Shown here one piece after another: positions 31,784 to 42,295 of a stretch of 64,000 bases of DNA (position 1 is its first letter; every line of letters begins with the position of its first letter). The DNA is taken from NCBI GenBank assembly GCA_963664875.1, contig OY761611.1:2304001-2368000 (forward strand), written 5' to 3'. A program made the translations under genes and the position numbers. Source of the stretch: Candidatus Kapaibacterium sp. (lineage in GTDB: Bacteria; Bacteroidota; Ignavibacteria; Kapaibacteriales; UBA2268). Under the pieces are notes generated by a model. It did no database searches and had not been told where the DNA came from. It was given only the letters and a program-made list of their open reading frames with translations.

Positions 31784-34366
31784 ATGAGAAAATTGATTTT
31801 ATTTTTTTTGATAGCTTTTGTGCTCAACCAATTTGATGCTTACGCTTATAAAGCAATGACTACAGAACAAACAAGAGCGATGATTCAATCGGATTCTCGG
31901 TTCATAGTCTCGCTATCCGGTAGCTGGAAACAAAGCTATGATGGCGAAAATTGGGAGAATGCGGAACTCCCGTCTTCGGCAGATTACAGTGGAACTATAA
32001 TCTACGAAAGACCAATCAAAATAGCTTCTGATTTGCTAAGAGAGAGATCATGGTATCTTTATTTTGCCGGCATAGATCATCAGGTGGAAGTTTATTTTAA
32101 TGATCAGTTTGTGGGCAGATATATAGGAGCTATGACTCCTTTCAAAGTTAGGATACCTGATAGAATGGTAGGGAAAAGTACGAATAGCATCAAACTTAAG
32201 ATTTCCCCTGCAGAGTTCGCAGCGAAACAGGTCAAAGAGCAATTTTTAGATGCCAAGAAAATCTATACAGGTATGATTCGAGAATTGCTACTTGTTGGTA
32301 CTCCAAAAATATGGGCAGATAATATCCATTACAAAATCAAATATGCTAAGAACGAAGCAATAGTAAACGCAAACGTAAATATTTCTGCTTCTAAATTTGA
32401 AAATATCTTGAATGACAGACGATTTGTAGATTCTGCGGCTTCACCGGTCGCCGAAGCATCAAAAACTTCTGTATCCGTTCACCTTGCACTTGTAGATCAA
32501 GCTACTGGCGATACTGTATTGCGATCAGACAAAAAGCAAATTGAGATAGAAAGAGAAAGAACTGTCGAAACAAAGTTCAAATTTTCTTATAATTCTGCAG
32601 TGCTTTGGTCTCCTGAAAATCCATATCTTTACTCTCTTGTTGCCGTCGTCACAAAAAATGGCGGAATGATTGACAACTATGCTGTTGATCTCGGCTTTAG
32701 AAATATCACAGGCTCTAAAGGCAAGTTGCTATTAAACGGCACTCCTATAGAAATAAAGGGTGTAAATTATATAGAAGATATTTATAAATATGCTGCCACG
32801 ATTTCTCCGGAACAGATGGAAGCAGATATTAAAAATATCAAAACACTTGGAGCTAATACTATTAGGTTCAAATTCAACTCACCTCATCCTTATATGCTCA
32901 AACTTTGTAATAAATATGGATTGATGGCTTTGATTGATTTGCCAATGTACGACGTACCGTCTTCTCTTGTAGGTGCCGGTGAAATCAGAGTTGACATGTC
33001 AAATAAAGCCAAACAATACATAAACCTGTATGATCAGAGTCCATCAGTGATTGCCTGGGGACTTTCCGAAGGAATTAGAGAAGGAGTTGCAGAGTCCCGC
33101 GAATACGAAGAAAAGGTAAGTTCAATATTTAGAGCCGGCTCAGATAAATTACTCTATAAAGTGGTGATGCTTGGAGCAGATACTTTAAATACAGATAATA
33201 TAGATTTTGTAGGATTTAAAGATTCAAAACAAAATGTAAGCATTGCAGAATCTGATGCGTTTTTAAAAGATGTGACAAAATATCTAAACAACAAACCGGC
33301 ATTCCTAACTTTTGGGGCTTATATTCAACCAAAAAATCACAACGGATATTCTGATAAACTATCTATTGAGCATCAGGCACATTACATAAGAAATATGTTC
33401 TATCTGAATAAAAATCACAAACTTTCGGGTGCTGTAGTTAACTCATACAATGATTATGCACTTGAGAATCCGTTACTAATTGCAGATAATGACAATCAAT
33501 ATTTAGGTTCTCTTGGATTGGTTGATAAAGGCAGACAAACCAGACTTAGCTATGAACTAATACAATCACTTTATAATAAAGAAAAAGAACCACTACTTGC
33601 AGAAGGAAGCTTTGCTCCTCAAACTCCTGTAAGTTTTCTGATAATTGGGCTAATTCTTGGCGTCTTGCTGATAGTACTTATCAATAGATTTAGACGATTT
33701 AGAGAGTATTTGTTCCGCTCATTACTGCGACCATACAATTTTTATGCTGATTTGCGAGACCAAAGGATAATGTCATCTGTGCAAACCTTCCTGCTCGGTT
33801 TGATAATTTCTATAACTATAGGTATATATTTTGCTTCAATACTTTATTTTTATAGAACAAATGAATTAGCTCAGTACGTATTAATGTTCCTTATACCATC
33901 CGAATCCTTGAAGGAAGTATTTTACAGACTTGCCTGGACTCCAATTCCGCTCATGCTATTTATTTCAGTCATAGCATTTGTGAAGCTATTTATTGTGTCG
34001 ATAATCATAAGAGCTTTTGCATTTTTTATGAGAGCGAGAATCTTTTTCGCCGATGCATTTACAATTGCTATATGGTCAGGAGTTCCGTTATTGGTTCTTC
34101 TTCCGGTTTCGGCTATACTCATTAGGATTTTAGTAGTGTCGCCGGACCTTATCGTGATGCTGTTGCTTGTATTTGCATTGATGATATTGTGGTTCGTAGG
34201 CAGAGTGCTACGTGCATCGTCAGTAATATTTGACAAAGTTGGACTAAAAGTATATACTGCCGGGCTTATTCTAATAGTAATATTAGTTGGCTTCCCTTTA
34301 GGATTCTACGAATACAATATGTCAATATTCGCCTTTGCAGAGTACTTTTTTAACGTATTACTGTAA
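31784..34366 (+). CDS. GH2-like domain fused to a multi-pass membrane C-terminal domain
   Basis: SLSGSW, LWSPENPYLY, GFRNI, LNGTPIEIKGVNY, GANTIR, CNKYGLM; 6-7 TM helices at the C-terminus. Confidence 0.8.
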   Translation: MRKLILFFLIAFVLNQFDAYAYKAMTTEQTRAMIQSDSRFIVSLSGSWKQSYDGENWENAELPSSADYSGTIIYERPIKIASDLLRERSWYLYFAGIDHQVEVYFNDQFVGRYIGAMTPFKVRIPDRMVGKSTNSIKLKISPAEFAAKQVKEQFLDAKKIYTGMIRELLLVGTPKIWADNIHYKIKYAKNEAIVNANVNISASKFENILNDRRFVDSAASPVAEASKTSVSVHLALVDQATGDTVLRSDKKQIEIERERTVETKFKFSYNSAVLWSPENPYLYSLVAVVTKNGGMIDNYAVDLGFRNITGSKGKLLLNGTPIEIKGVNYIEDIYKYAATISPEQMEADIKNIKTLGANTIRFKFNSPHPYMLKLCNKYGLMALIDLPMYDVPSSLVGAGEIRVDMSNKAKQYINLYDQSPSVIAWGLSEGIREGVAESREYEEKVSSIFRAGSDKLLYKVVMLGADTLNTDNIDFVGFKDSKQNVSIAESDAFLKDVTKYLNNKPAFLTFGAYIQPKNHNGYSDKLSIEHQAHYIRNMFYLNKNHKLSGAVVNSYNDYALENPLLIADNDNQYLGSLGLVDKGRQTRLSYELIQSLYNKEKEPLLAEGSFAPQTPVSFLIIGLILGVLLIVLINRFRRFREYLFRSLLRPYNFYADLRDQRIMSSVQTFLLGLIISITIGIYFASILYFYRTNELAQYVLMFLIPSESLKEVFYRLAWTPIPLMLFISVIAFVKLFIVSIIIRAFAFFMRARIFFADAFTIAIWSGVPLLVLLPVSAILIRILVVSPDLIVMLLLVFALMILWFVGRVLRASSVIFDKVGLKVYTAGLILIVILVGFPLGFYEYNMSIFAFAEYFFNVLL

Positions 34367-34396
34367 ATGAGTTCAAAATATTCCTTTGCTTATTTC

Positions 34397-34432
34397 ATGC
34401 CCAAGTCTTAACAGATTTGGGCATTTTTTTTT
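34397..34432 (+). terminator. Rho-independent terminator
   Basis: ATGCCCAAGTC...GATTTGGGCAT followed by a T-run. Confidence 0.8.
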
Positions 34433-34839
34433 GGTTCTTCCAAAAATACTTCACTATGTGCTACAAAATATGTGTTTTGAGCATAAATTTTATGGTGTCA
34501 GATTTTTTGCATATATGAGGTACATAATTTATCGTTTAATTATATAGTAATATAATATAGGTTATTTGAGGTTGTTCATTTATTTTTCCTTTATCCTTGG
34601 TAATAGAATTACTCCCGTAACTTGGGCTCTGTTTTCTATTTACTTATAAATCACAAATTCGATAGCTAATCCTGCATTCATATTTGTTGACAAATATTCA
34701 AATCTCTTAGTGTCAGATTATTTACACAATGAACTTATATCATAAATTTTATAATTATTTTTGTATTTTTGTGAAACTTTTTCCTATTTCAGTTGTCATT
34801 ATAGATAGTAATGTAAATATTTTTAGAATAGAGGTACTC

Positions 34840-37620
34840 ATGAAGTCAATTCGTTTACTAATTTTATTACTTATGCTTAGTCCGATGATTCTAAAATCAG
34901 CACCGCAAATCAAAAAAGCTATTAAAGCCAATTTGATAAAATCAGGACAAGTAGCAAATTACCAAGACGGGAAGCATTATATAATTGCAATCCCACCTAA
35001 TGAAACAGAATCATTTGGCTGGAATGATTCAGCTATAGAAGTTTATATCGCGTCTGCATTTGATACAAACTTAGAAATTGACATCTTTGGAAACAAGAAA
35101 ACGGCATTTTTGAAAGCAAACGAAGTATATGTTTTAAATGAGCAAAATGGTCTCATGAAAGAAAATTGTGAATGTCGCCTACCGAATATTGCTTTACCGA
35201 AGACTATCGAAATCACCGCAGACCAGAATATTACAGTCCATGTTATCAATTCAAAGAGTACCACATCAGACGGATATATGGCAATTCCTGTTGAGTGGTG
35301 GGGCAATGAATATCTTCATTGTTCATATTATGACAACTACGAAAGCAATACAAACACATTTTCAGGTGGATTTTTAGTATTAGGATCCCAAGACAATACA
35401 AATGTGGAAGTAGAATTAAGAGGAATAGCAGATGACCCGGATGCAACTTTAAGAGGAAACACGTCAAAAAAAATCGGAGATGTTCTTACTTTCAAAGTTG
35501 ATAGAGCAGAAGTTTATCAAATAGATTCTGACGGCATGACTCGAGGTCAAATTGATTTATCTGGCTCTAAGATTACATCAGATAAACCAGTAGGAGTTAT
35601 ATCTTACCATCAACGTACAGTAATACCTATTTTTCTAAATAGTTCTCGTGATCACTTATCTTCTATGATGCAACCCACTCCGGCATTAAGTACTAATTAT
35701 GCTTCAATCTCATTAGAGAGAGGAGGAAAAAAGAAAGGTGACTTGTTTAGGATAGTTGCTGTAGAAGCTAATACAAACTATACAGCAACATGGTACGATT
35801 TCGAAACAAAACAAATTATAGATACTAAATCGGGACTAATCAGCAAAGCGGGCGAATTTGTTGATATTTCTGATGACTTATCAGGTAATCCTACGATATA
35901 CTCGATTACAGGAACTTCTGTATTTGAAGCCGATAAACCAATTCTTCTAATGCAGTATTCTTATTCAGGTGGTTGGGATGGCACAGAATATGACCCATTC
36001 ATGTGGAATGTAACCGGAATGGATCAATACACTAACAACGCAATAGTACAGGCTCCATACAATAAGACTTTTGGAGAAAACTATATAAATATTATTGCAA
36101 ATGAAATATCCGGTGACCCTACTTTGCCAGGCATAAAGTCTATTGAAATAGATAACATTAAAGTTGTTGACAGAGTTCCATCATTTACTACTAACAATAT
36201 TCCCGGAACTACTCTTTACTGGGCAAGAATTCGTATAGCCCCGGGCATTCATAGAATCTACAGCAATGGAGATGCTCTTTTTGGTGCTTATGTCTATGGC
36301 TATAAATCTGTAGATTCTTATGGTTGGCCTGCTGTCATGGCAAGCCATGAAACTTCATCTACAGACTCATTAGCCCCAAGTATTAGTTATGTACAGAATT
36401 CTATCCCATATCTATGGCAAGTTCTAATCGAAGATAATCGCCAAATGGATAGAGTCGGTAATGAGAAACAACAACTTGACTCGAAAATTGCGTATGGACC
36501 TATTACTCTTATTAAGAATCAGTATGGTCTTAATACTGAGAACTTCAAAGAGCCTTTGATTGACTTTGAATGGGGCGACGAATTACACGATAAATATATC
36601 GTTGATTTAGAAGTCGAAAACCCCTATGAGTATGCTAAAGCATATTTTTACGTAGCTGACATTGCAGGCAATGTCGCATTTGACTCTTTAGAATATCACC
36701 CTTTCAAATTGAACATGAACAATGTGGAAGAAGTTGATTTTGGTGGTGTATTGATAGAGCAAAGAAAAACAAAAACGTTTACTTTCGAAAACAAATCAAC
36801 TTTTGACTGCGAAATTAGTTCGATTTCTCTTTTCAAAGGAGAATTATTCAATATTATTTCGGATAATATACCAAGTTATCTAAATGTAGGCGAATCTCTT
36901 GAAATTGAGATTGAATATGCTCCAACCGAAATATCAGATAATGATACCGACTCTATAATTGTTACTGCCGCGAACTTAAGCTTTGCCTGGGAAATTAAAG
37001 GTTATGGCATTGACAATAAAGAACGTATAGAACTTAGTTCAAATGAGATCGACTTTGGAACAATTTATGTAAATGATGAAAAATCACAGACCTTATCAAT
37101 CAACAACACAGGTCAAGAGATTCTAAAAATCAATTCAATCGAATTAGCAAACGGCTCAATATTTGAGTTGCTAAACTCTAAACCATTCCCTATGACTTTA
37201 GGTTCCGGAAAGAGTCTTTACTTCGAGTTGGTATATAAGCCTACTGTAGCCTCTGACTTAGATATTGACACAGTTGTAGTTAAAACTGATACCAATACTT
37301 ATAAATGTGTCTTGAGAGCAAGTGCAGAACCAGACCTTGGAGTCTATGATAACGAAAATGTTGACGATATAATTAAACTTTCTCCGAATCCAATTAGTAC
37401 AGATGCAGATATTACTATTACAATGCCGGAGGCAGGTAATGTAAGAGTATCACTTTACACTAGTACCGGAAAATTGGTTAAAGAATTATATAACAGTTTC
37501 GCAGCTATAGGCGATTTCAGTTTTAGATTCAATTCGGAAGGAATTGCAGCAGGTAGCTACTCTTTAATTATTGAACAAGCTGATATGAAATATGTCAAGC
37601 AGATTGTTGTTTCAAAATAG
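34840..37620 (+). CDS. IgGFc-binding-domain surface protein with Ig-like domains and T9SS C-terminal domain
   Basis: TSDGYMAIPVEWWGNEY, DLSGSKITSDKPVGVIS, DPFM, DSYGWP (IgGFc_binding-like); two DFG...NNTG Ig domains; SPNP...AGSYSL...IVVSK. Confidence 0.82.
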   Translation: MKSIRLLILLLMLSPMILKSAPQIKKAIKANLIKSGQVANYQDGKHYIIAIPPNETESFGWNDSAIEVYIASAFDTNLEIDIFGNKKTAFLKANEVYVLNEQNGLMKENCECRLPNIALPKTIEITADQNITVHVINSKSTTSDGYMAIPVEWWGNEYLHCSYYDNYESNTNTFSGGFLVLGSQDNTNVEVELRGIADDPDATLRGNTSKKIGDVLTFKVDRAEVYQIDSDGMTRGQIDLSGSKITSDKPVGVISYHQRTVIPIFLNSSRDHLSSMMQPTPALSTNYASISLERGGKKKGDLFRIVAVEANTNYTATWYDFETKQIIDTKSGLISKAGEFVDISDDLSGNPTIYSITGTSVFEADKPILLMQYSYSGGWDGTEYDPFMWNVTGMDQYTNNAIVQAPYNKTFGENYINIIANEISGDPTLPGIKSIEIDNIKVVDRVPSFTTNNIPGTTLYWARIRIAPGIHRIYSNGDALFGAYVYGYKSVDSYGWPAVMASHETSSTDSLAPSISYVQNSIPYLWQVLIEDNRQMDRVGNEKQQLDSKIAYGPITLIKNQYGLNTENFKEPLIDFEWGDELHDKYIVDLEVENPYEYAKAYFYVADIAGNVAFDSLEYHPFKLNMNNVEEVDFGGVLIEQRKTKTFTFENKSTFDCEISSISLFKGELFNIISDNIPSYLNVGESLEIEIEYAPTEISDNDTDSIIVTAANLSFAWEIKGYGIDNKERIELSSNEIDFGTIYVNDEKSQTLSINNTGQEILKINSIELANGSIFELLNSKPFPMTLGSGKSLYFELVYKPTVASDLDIDTVVVKTDTNTYKCVLRASAEPDLGVYDNENVDDIIKLSPNPISTDADITITMPEAGNVRVSLYTSTGKLVKELYNSFAAIGDFSFRFNSEGIAAGSYSLIIEQADMKYVKQIVVSK

Positions 37621-37647
37621 TTTGAAATAGAAAATCTCATATTCAAG

Positions 37648-37698
37648 AAAATAAGTACTGCTTGGTTAGACTGTTTGACCAAGCAGTACTTTTTATTT
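37648..37698. terminator. Bidirectional terminator
   Basis: AAGTACTGCTTGGT...ACCAAGCAGTACTT between convergent genes. Confidence 0.8.
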
Positions 37699-37728
37699 GT
37701 GTGGATTTTTACACCTATTTATCTGGCT

Positions 37729-39147
37729 TTAAGCTAATTCCTCGGCTTCTTTCAGCAAGACAGCCAATTTTTCTCTGCTAAAAATATTCATTACAGTCGC
37801 TCTGAGATAAACTTTACCGTTTATTTTTGTATGCACTATGTAATAGTCTCCCTTTTCTAAGAGTTTATTGCGGATACGCAAATTGGTTTCATCTTGTTGA
37901 GAGTCTGTAAGATTTGGTGGTACATATCTGAAGCAGATAATATTTGATTCGGGCTCTGCAGCAAGTTCCCAATTGGCAGATGCTTTTACAATATCAGCAA
38001 ATTCTGAAGTCAAAGCTGCTGTTTTCTCGATGTATTCGCGTATTATATCTCCTCCATATAGTTTCAATATGGTATAGATTTTTAGACTAATCATTCTTTT
38101 TGTACATTCCATTGTAAACGCTGCAAGGTCGTAGCCAAGTTTTTCATCTGCATATAATAGATATTCTGCTTTTTGAGCAAAAGTTGCTCTTGCTTCTGCC
38201 CTATCTTTGAACAAAACCGCTGTTGCGAGTGCAGGCACTAACATCATTTTGTGAAAATCAATTACCACAGAATCAGCACGTTCCATTCCTTTGCAAAGGT
38301 GCTTATACTTGTTTGAGAACACAGCCGCTCCACCGTGAGCTGCATCAATATGAAACCATAATTGGTGTTCTTCACAGAAGTCTGCTATTTGATCCAAAGG
38401 ATCATAAGTACCGGTTCCGGTAGAACCTGCAACACCTACTACTATAATAGGTTTGAATCCTCGAGCTATTGCTTCTTCATATCTGTTCTTTAGACTATCT
38501 ATGTCAAGCTTGAATTTATCATCGCAAGCAACTTTGAATATCGCAGTTTCTCCTAATCCCATAATCTTAACTGCCCTATCTATACAATAATGGGCATATT
38601 CAGAAACAAATATTGCAAATTTACTGTCTTTATTGCCGAACTTCCAAATATCATAATCAGCTTTTGCCTGCCTTGCAGCAAGCAATGCAGTTAAGTTACC
38701 AATCGAACCACCTGAAGTAATTACCCCATCGGATGATAGCGGCATTCCAATTTGGTCTGCTAAATATCTGATTACAAACTTTTCCATTGCAGTACCGGAA
38801 GGCCCCATTTCATAAATAGCCATACCATTATTCAATAAATCTGATACTAAGCCGGCAAGTGCTGCTTCCGGTAGAGGTGGAACAACCTGATGCCCAATAT
38901 ATCCGGGATTGTGCAAGTGATTTGAATCTTCTATTACTTGCTCCATCAATCCGTCTAAAGATTGGGGTTGTAGATTAGAATATTTTTCCAAAAGTATCTG
39001 AGGCGGATTTGGCGGTAAAACATAATCCTGTTTTCCTTCGTAAGATTTTTCAAGGTAATCGGCAAGTAAGTCTATAATTTTGTATCCTTGTTTTCTAAAA
39101 TTATCAGAGCTATAAGCATTTTCTAAATTCATGGCAGTCCTATTCAT
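37729..39147 (-). CDS. Group II PLP-dependent decarboxylase (DABA/aromatic amino acid decarboxylase family)
   Basis: TSGGSIGNLTAL, AGSTGTGTYD, HIDAAHGG, DSVVIDFHK (PLP lysine). Start uncertain (39147 or 39132). Confidence 0.9.
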   Translation of the reverse strand: MNRTAMNLENAYSSDNFRKQGYKIIDLLADYLEKSYEGKQDYVLPPNPPQILLEKYSNLQPQSLDGLMEQVIEDSNHLHNPGYIGHQVVPPLPEAALAGLVSDLLNNGMAIYEMGPSGTAMEKFVIRYLADQIGMPLSSDGVITSGGSIGNLTALLAARQAKADYDIWKFGNKDSKFAIFVSEYAHYCIDRAVKIMGLGETAIFKVACDDKFKLDIDSLKNRYEEAIARGFKPIIVVGVAGSTGTGTYDPLDQIADFCEEHQLWFHIDAAHGGAAVFSNKYKHLCKGMERADSVVIDFHKMMLVPALATAVLFKDRAEARATFAQKAEYLLYADEKLGYDLAAFTMECTKRMISLKIYTILKLYGGDIIREYIEKTAALTSEFADIVKASANWELAAEPESNIICFRYVPPNLTDSQQDETNLRIRNKLLEKGDYYIVHTKINGKVYLRATVMNIFSREKLAVLLKEAEELA

Positions 39148-39345
39148 ATTTCCTATATCTATTAGCAATATAGATAATATTATTGTTTCCGAAATAATAT
39201 TTTTATAATATTCACTTTCAGAGGTTGTATATCTTTTCAAAGGAGCTGACAAATCAAGTATATGCAAAATCTTTTGTTATGAAATAAAATATTAGTATAT
39301 TCGGCTATATACTAACATAAGTGTATGTTCTAATTGTGGTTAGCT

Positions 39346-40098
39346 ATGCTTTCTAATGTTTCCCTAAGAGAATCAAATTATCTCAATCGAGGCCAAAGTA
39401 GCTCTCCTTCAGAGATAAACACACCTTCAGAAATGAAGGATGGCATTGCTATAAGCGGAAACAAAGAAAACAATAGGCAGAAAGACCGAAAAGAAATAAG
39501 TGAGGAATCTAAAGTAAAATCCAAAAATAACGCAGCATCTCAAGAGCTTACAGAAGACGAAGAAAAACAGGTAAAAGAACTTAAGCAAATTGATGCAGAG
39601 GTTCGAAGACATGAGCAGGCACATCTCGCTGCCGGAGGTTCACTTGTGAGGGGAGGAGCTTCTTTTGGCTACCAACGCGGACCTGACGGGAAGCAATACG
39701 CCGTTTCCGGTGAAGTTAATATAGAAATGGCACCGGTAGATGGCGACCCTGAAGCTACAATTCAAAAAATGCAACAAGTAAAGAGTGCAGCCCTTGCCCC
39801 TGCAGAACCTTCTGCCCAAGACAGATCAGTTGCCTCAAGAGCTTCTTCGATTGAAGCACAGGCTAGGGCTGAACTGCTCAGCGAACAGAGCAATAGCAGC
39901 TCTGTTGAAGCTGATTTCAATAAGTCCGATAAATCAGAAACAAATGCTATCGAAAAAAGTGAAGTTAGAGAAAATGATGGTGATTCTGATGACTCTGAGC
40001 AAAACAATGTATTTAGTACAGGAAGTACCATAGAAAGTCTCAAACAGGCATATCTTTTCTCCGATACCCCTCTCAATTTAGTAAATGCTTACGCTTGA
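39346..40098 (+). CDS. SprA-related (CJM1_0395-like) putative metalloprotease family protein
   Basis: DAEVRRHEQAHLAAGG...YQRGPDGKQYAVSGEV...AALAPAEPSAQDRSVA. Confidence 0.85.
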   Translation: MLSNVSLRESNYLNRGQSSSPSEINTPSEMKDGIAISGNKENNRQKDRKEISEESKVKSKNNAASQELTEDEEKQVKELKQIDAEVRRHEQAHLAAGGSLVRGGASFGYQRGPDGKQYAVSGEVNIEMAPVDGDPEATIQKMQQVKSAALAPAEPSAQDRSVASRASSIEAQARAELLSEQSNSSSVEADFNKSDKSETNAIEKSEVRENDGDSDDSEQNNVFSTGSTIESLKQAYLFSDTPLNLVNAYA

Positions 40099-40211
40099 GA
40101 GGTTTAATATCACACAATGAATCAAGATTAGTTTATTTTTAAGCAGTATTTATCAGAATATTTTCTTAAATTATACTGTCCCAATACTTTTAGTGCATAT
40201 TTGGTAAATTT

Positions 40212-40610
40212 ATGTTTCTCAAACGCTTTATAGTATTTTTGCTTGTGTTTAGCTATTCAATAGTGATAGCACATGATATAATACCACATCATTGCCATCC
40301 TGATCAAGGGATTGTCCGCCATGATGACTGTCTTGCGTCTGAGGATTGCACACTAAAAGGGACACATTGCGCGAATCCTTTGTGTGAAGTACTTCCCGAC
40401 CACGACTTCTCTGAGTATTATCAAAAAGCAAAAGGCAAAGTAAAACCAACAACGCAGATCATTGCTCTAATTGAAAAAATATTGCAAATAGAGCCCATAT
40501 ATACTATTCCTATAGAAGAGTTTGACCTTTCCAAACTCTCATTTCTTCTGCCTGAACGGCAATTCTATATACAACATCATAGAAGAGGACCACCCTCTTT
40601 CATCGCCTAA
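40212..40610 (+). CDS. Small His/Cys-rich exported protein ending in RGPP (DUF2946/CruR-like leader candidate)
   Basis: Hydrophobic N-terminus, HDIIPHHCH...HDDC...DC...HC...C...DH, C-terminal HHRRGPPSFIA. Lies upstream of a metal efflux operon. Confidence 0.7.
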   Translation: MFLKRFIVFLLVFSYSIVIAHDIIPHHCHPDQGIVRHDDCLASEDCTLKGTHCANPLCEVLPDHDFSEYYQKAKGKVKPTTQIIALIEKILQIEPIYTIPIEEFDLSKLSFLLPERQFYIQHHRRGPPSFIA

Positions 40611-40940
40611 TTTATATCTTATATAGATAATTTAGGGATGCTTTTATTATAGTGCATGTTTATCGAAACTTGGCTTATTGTAGCCTGAGAGAGTGCATTT
40701 TCATCGCTATATGCAGAAGAATTATACTTCAAATCTATAAATTCTTTTGCAACAGTAATATGTCCCTGATGTACACAAATAGTATAACCTATAAAAAACT
40801 TCGGCTTATACTCTTTTTTGATTACAAGAGAAAGTCAAAGTTCAGCAATTTAGAATTTATGCATTATATCATTAAAAATATCTCTATATACAAACAATCT
40901 CGAAAAATTATACAAATTCAAAAATAAAAGGAATCAAACA

Positions 40941-42266
40941 ATGCTTAAAAAGCTATTATTTGTATTGCTGGCAGTTACTTACATCTCTTTTATGACTGCC
41001 TGCAACGAAGCTCAATCTAAGGAAGAGCACAATCATACGGAGCAATCCGAGGAACATTCTCATGAGCATGGAGAGGAAGCTCACAATCACGACCATTCGA
41101 CTGAAGCACATGATCATGACCATGAGCATGGAGAAGAGTGTGACCATTCGCATGAAGAGGATAAACATGCACATAATCACGAAGGTCATAGTCACGCGCA
41201 TAATGACCATGCCGGACATGAATCTGAGAATCCAAATGAAGTAGAGTTTTCTTTAGCAATGGCAAAAAAAGTGGGACTGCAAACCACAAAAATTAGACCT
41301 GTAAAGTTTTACGATGTTATCAAAACTTCCGGTGAAATACTCCCGGCACGAGGAGACGAATCAATTGTAGTGGCTTCTCATAGCGGTAAAATATTTTTTA
41401 GTGGAGATTTGCTTTTCGAAGGTACAAACATTCGGCAAAATCAGCAGCTGTTTTTGATTTCGAGTGAGTCTTTAGTAGATGATAACTACAAAAAGGAATT
41501 TATTGAAGCAAAAGCAGCATTCACAAAACAAAAAAGTGATTACGAACGTGCAAAAAAACTATACGAAGACAAAATAATTCCTGAAAAAGAATACTTGTCA
41601 GTCAAGTTAGACTATGAAAATGCAGAACTTGCTTTCAATCATGTCTCATCAAACTATGCGAGCGACGGATTAAAAATTAAGTCCCCAATTTCAGGCTATG
41701 TCAGTAAAGTCTATGTAGAAGCAGGACAGTACGTTGCAACCGGTCAACCTTTGATGAAAGTTTCAAAAAATATCAAACTTGTTATGAGAGCAGATTTGCC
41801 TCAACGCTATTATGAGCAAATTCCCAATATTACATCTGCTTCTTTTAAAACTACTTACTGCACTACGCCTCATGATATTAAAGACTTGAACGGCAGACTA
41901 ATATCCTACGGTAAATACACTGACGGTAGCTCATACTACACCCCAATATTTTTCGAATTAGATTCGAGAAGCCATATCATTCCGGGTGCTTATGTAGAGA
42001 TTTTTCTTCATTCTACTCCTATCGAAAATGCAATTGTAGTTCCGAAAGAAGCAATAATGGAAGAGCAGGGTTTACATTATGTATTTGTTAAACTTTCAGA
42101 TACCCATTACGAGAGACGATTTGTTGAAGTAGCCGGCGGAGATGGCATTAAAGCAAGGATAGCTTCAGGCTTAGATTTTGGAGATATAGTAGTCGGCAAA
42201 GGTGCCAATAATATAAAACTAGCGTCAAAAGCAAGCGGAGCAGTTCCACATTCGCACTCTCACTAA
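40941..42266 (+). CDS. Heavy-metal RND efflux periplasmic adaptor (CzcB/CusB-like) with His-rich N-terminus
   Basis: Lipobox FMTAC, ~65 aa His/Glu/Asp-rich tract, IKSPISGYV lipoyl-like motif, C-terminal HSHSH. Confidence 0.92.
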   Translation: MLKKLLFVLLAVTYISFMTACNEAQSKEEHNHTEQSEEHSHEHGEEAHNHDHSTEAHDHDHEHGEECDHSHEEDKHAHNHEGHSHAHNDHAGHESENPNEVEFSLAMAKKVGLQTTKIRPVKFYDVIKTSGEILPARGDESIVVASHSGKIFFSGDLLFEGTNIRQNQQLFLISSESLVDDNYKKEFIEAKAAFTKQKSDYERAKKLYEDKIIPEKEYLSVKLDYENAELAFNHVSSNYASDGLKIKSPISGYVSKVYVEAGQYVATGQPLMKVSKNIKLVMRADLPQRYYEQIPNITSASFKTTYCTTPHDIKDLNGRLISYGKYTDGSSYYTPIFFELDSRSHIIPGAYVEIFLHSTPIENAIVVPKEAIMEEQGLHYVFVKLSDTHYERRFVEVAGGDGIKARIASGLDFGDIVVGKGANNIKLASKASGAVPHSHSH

Positions 42267-42295
42267 TTTGTAAAATCTAAAGTTCGGATATAAAA

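Noticed and set aside
40652-40927. 91-aa ORF between the RGPP leader and the adaptor gene
   Set aside because: GTG start without an RBS, AT-rich, no motif. More likely untranslated, although a small uORF cannot be excluded.
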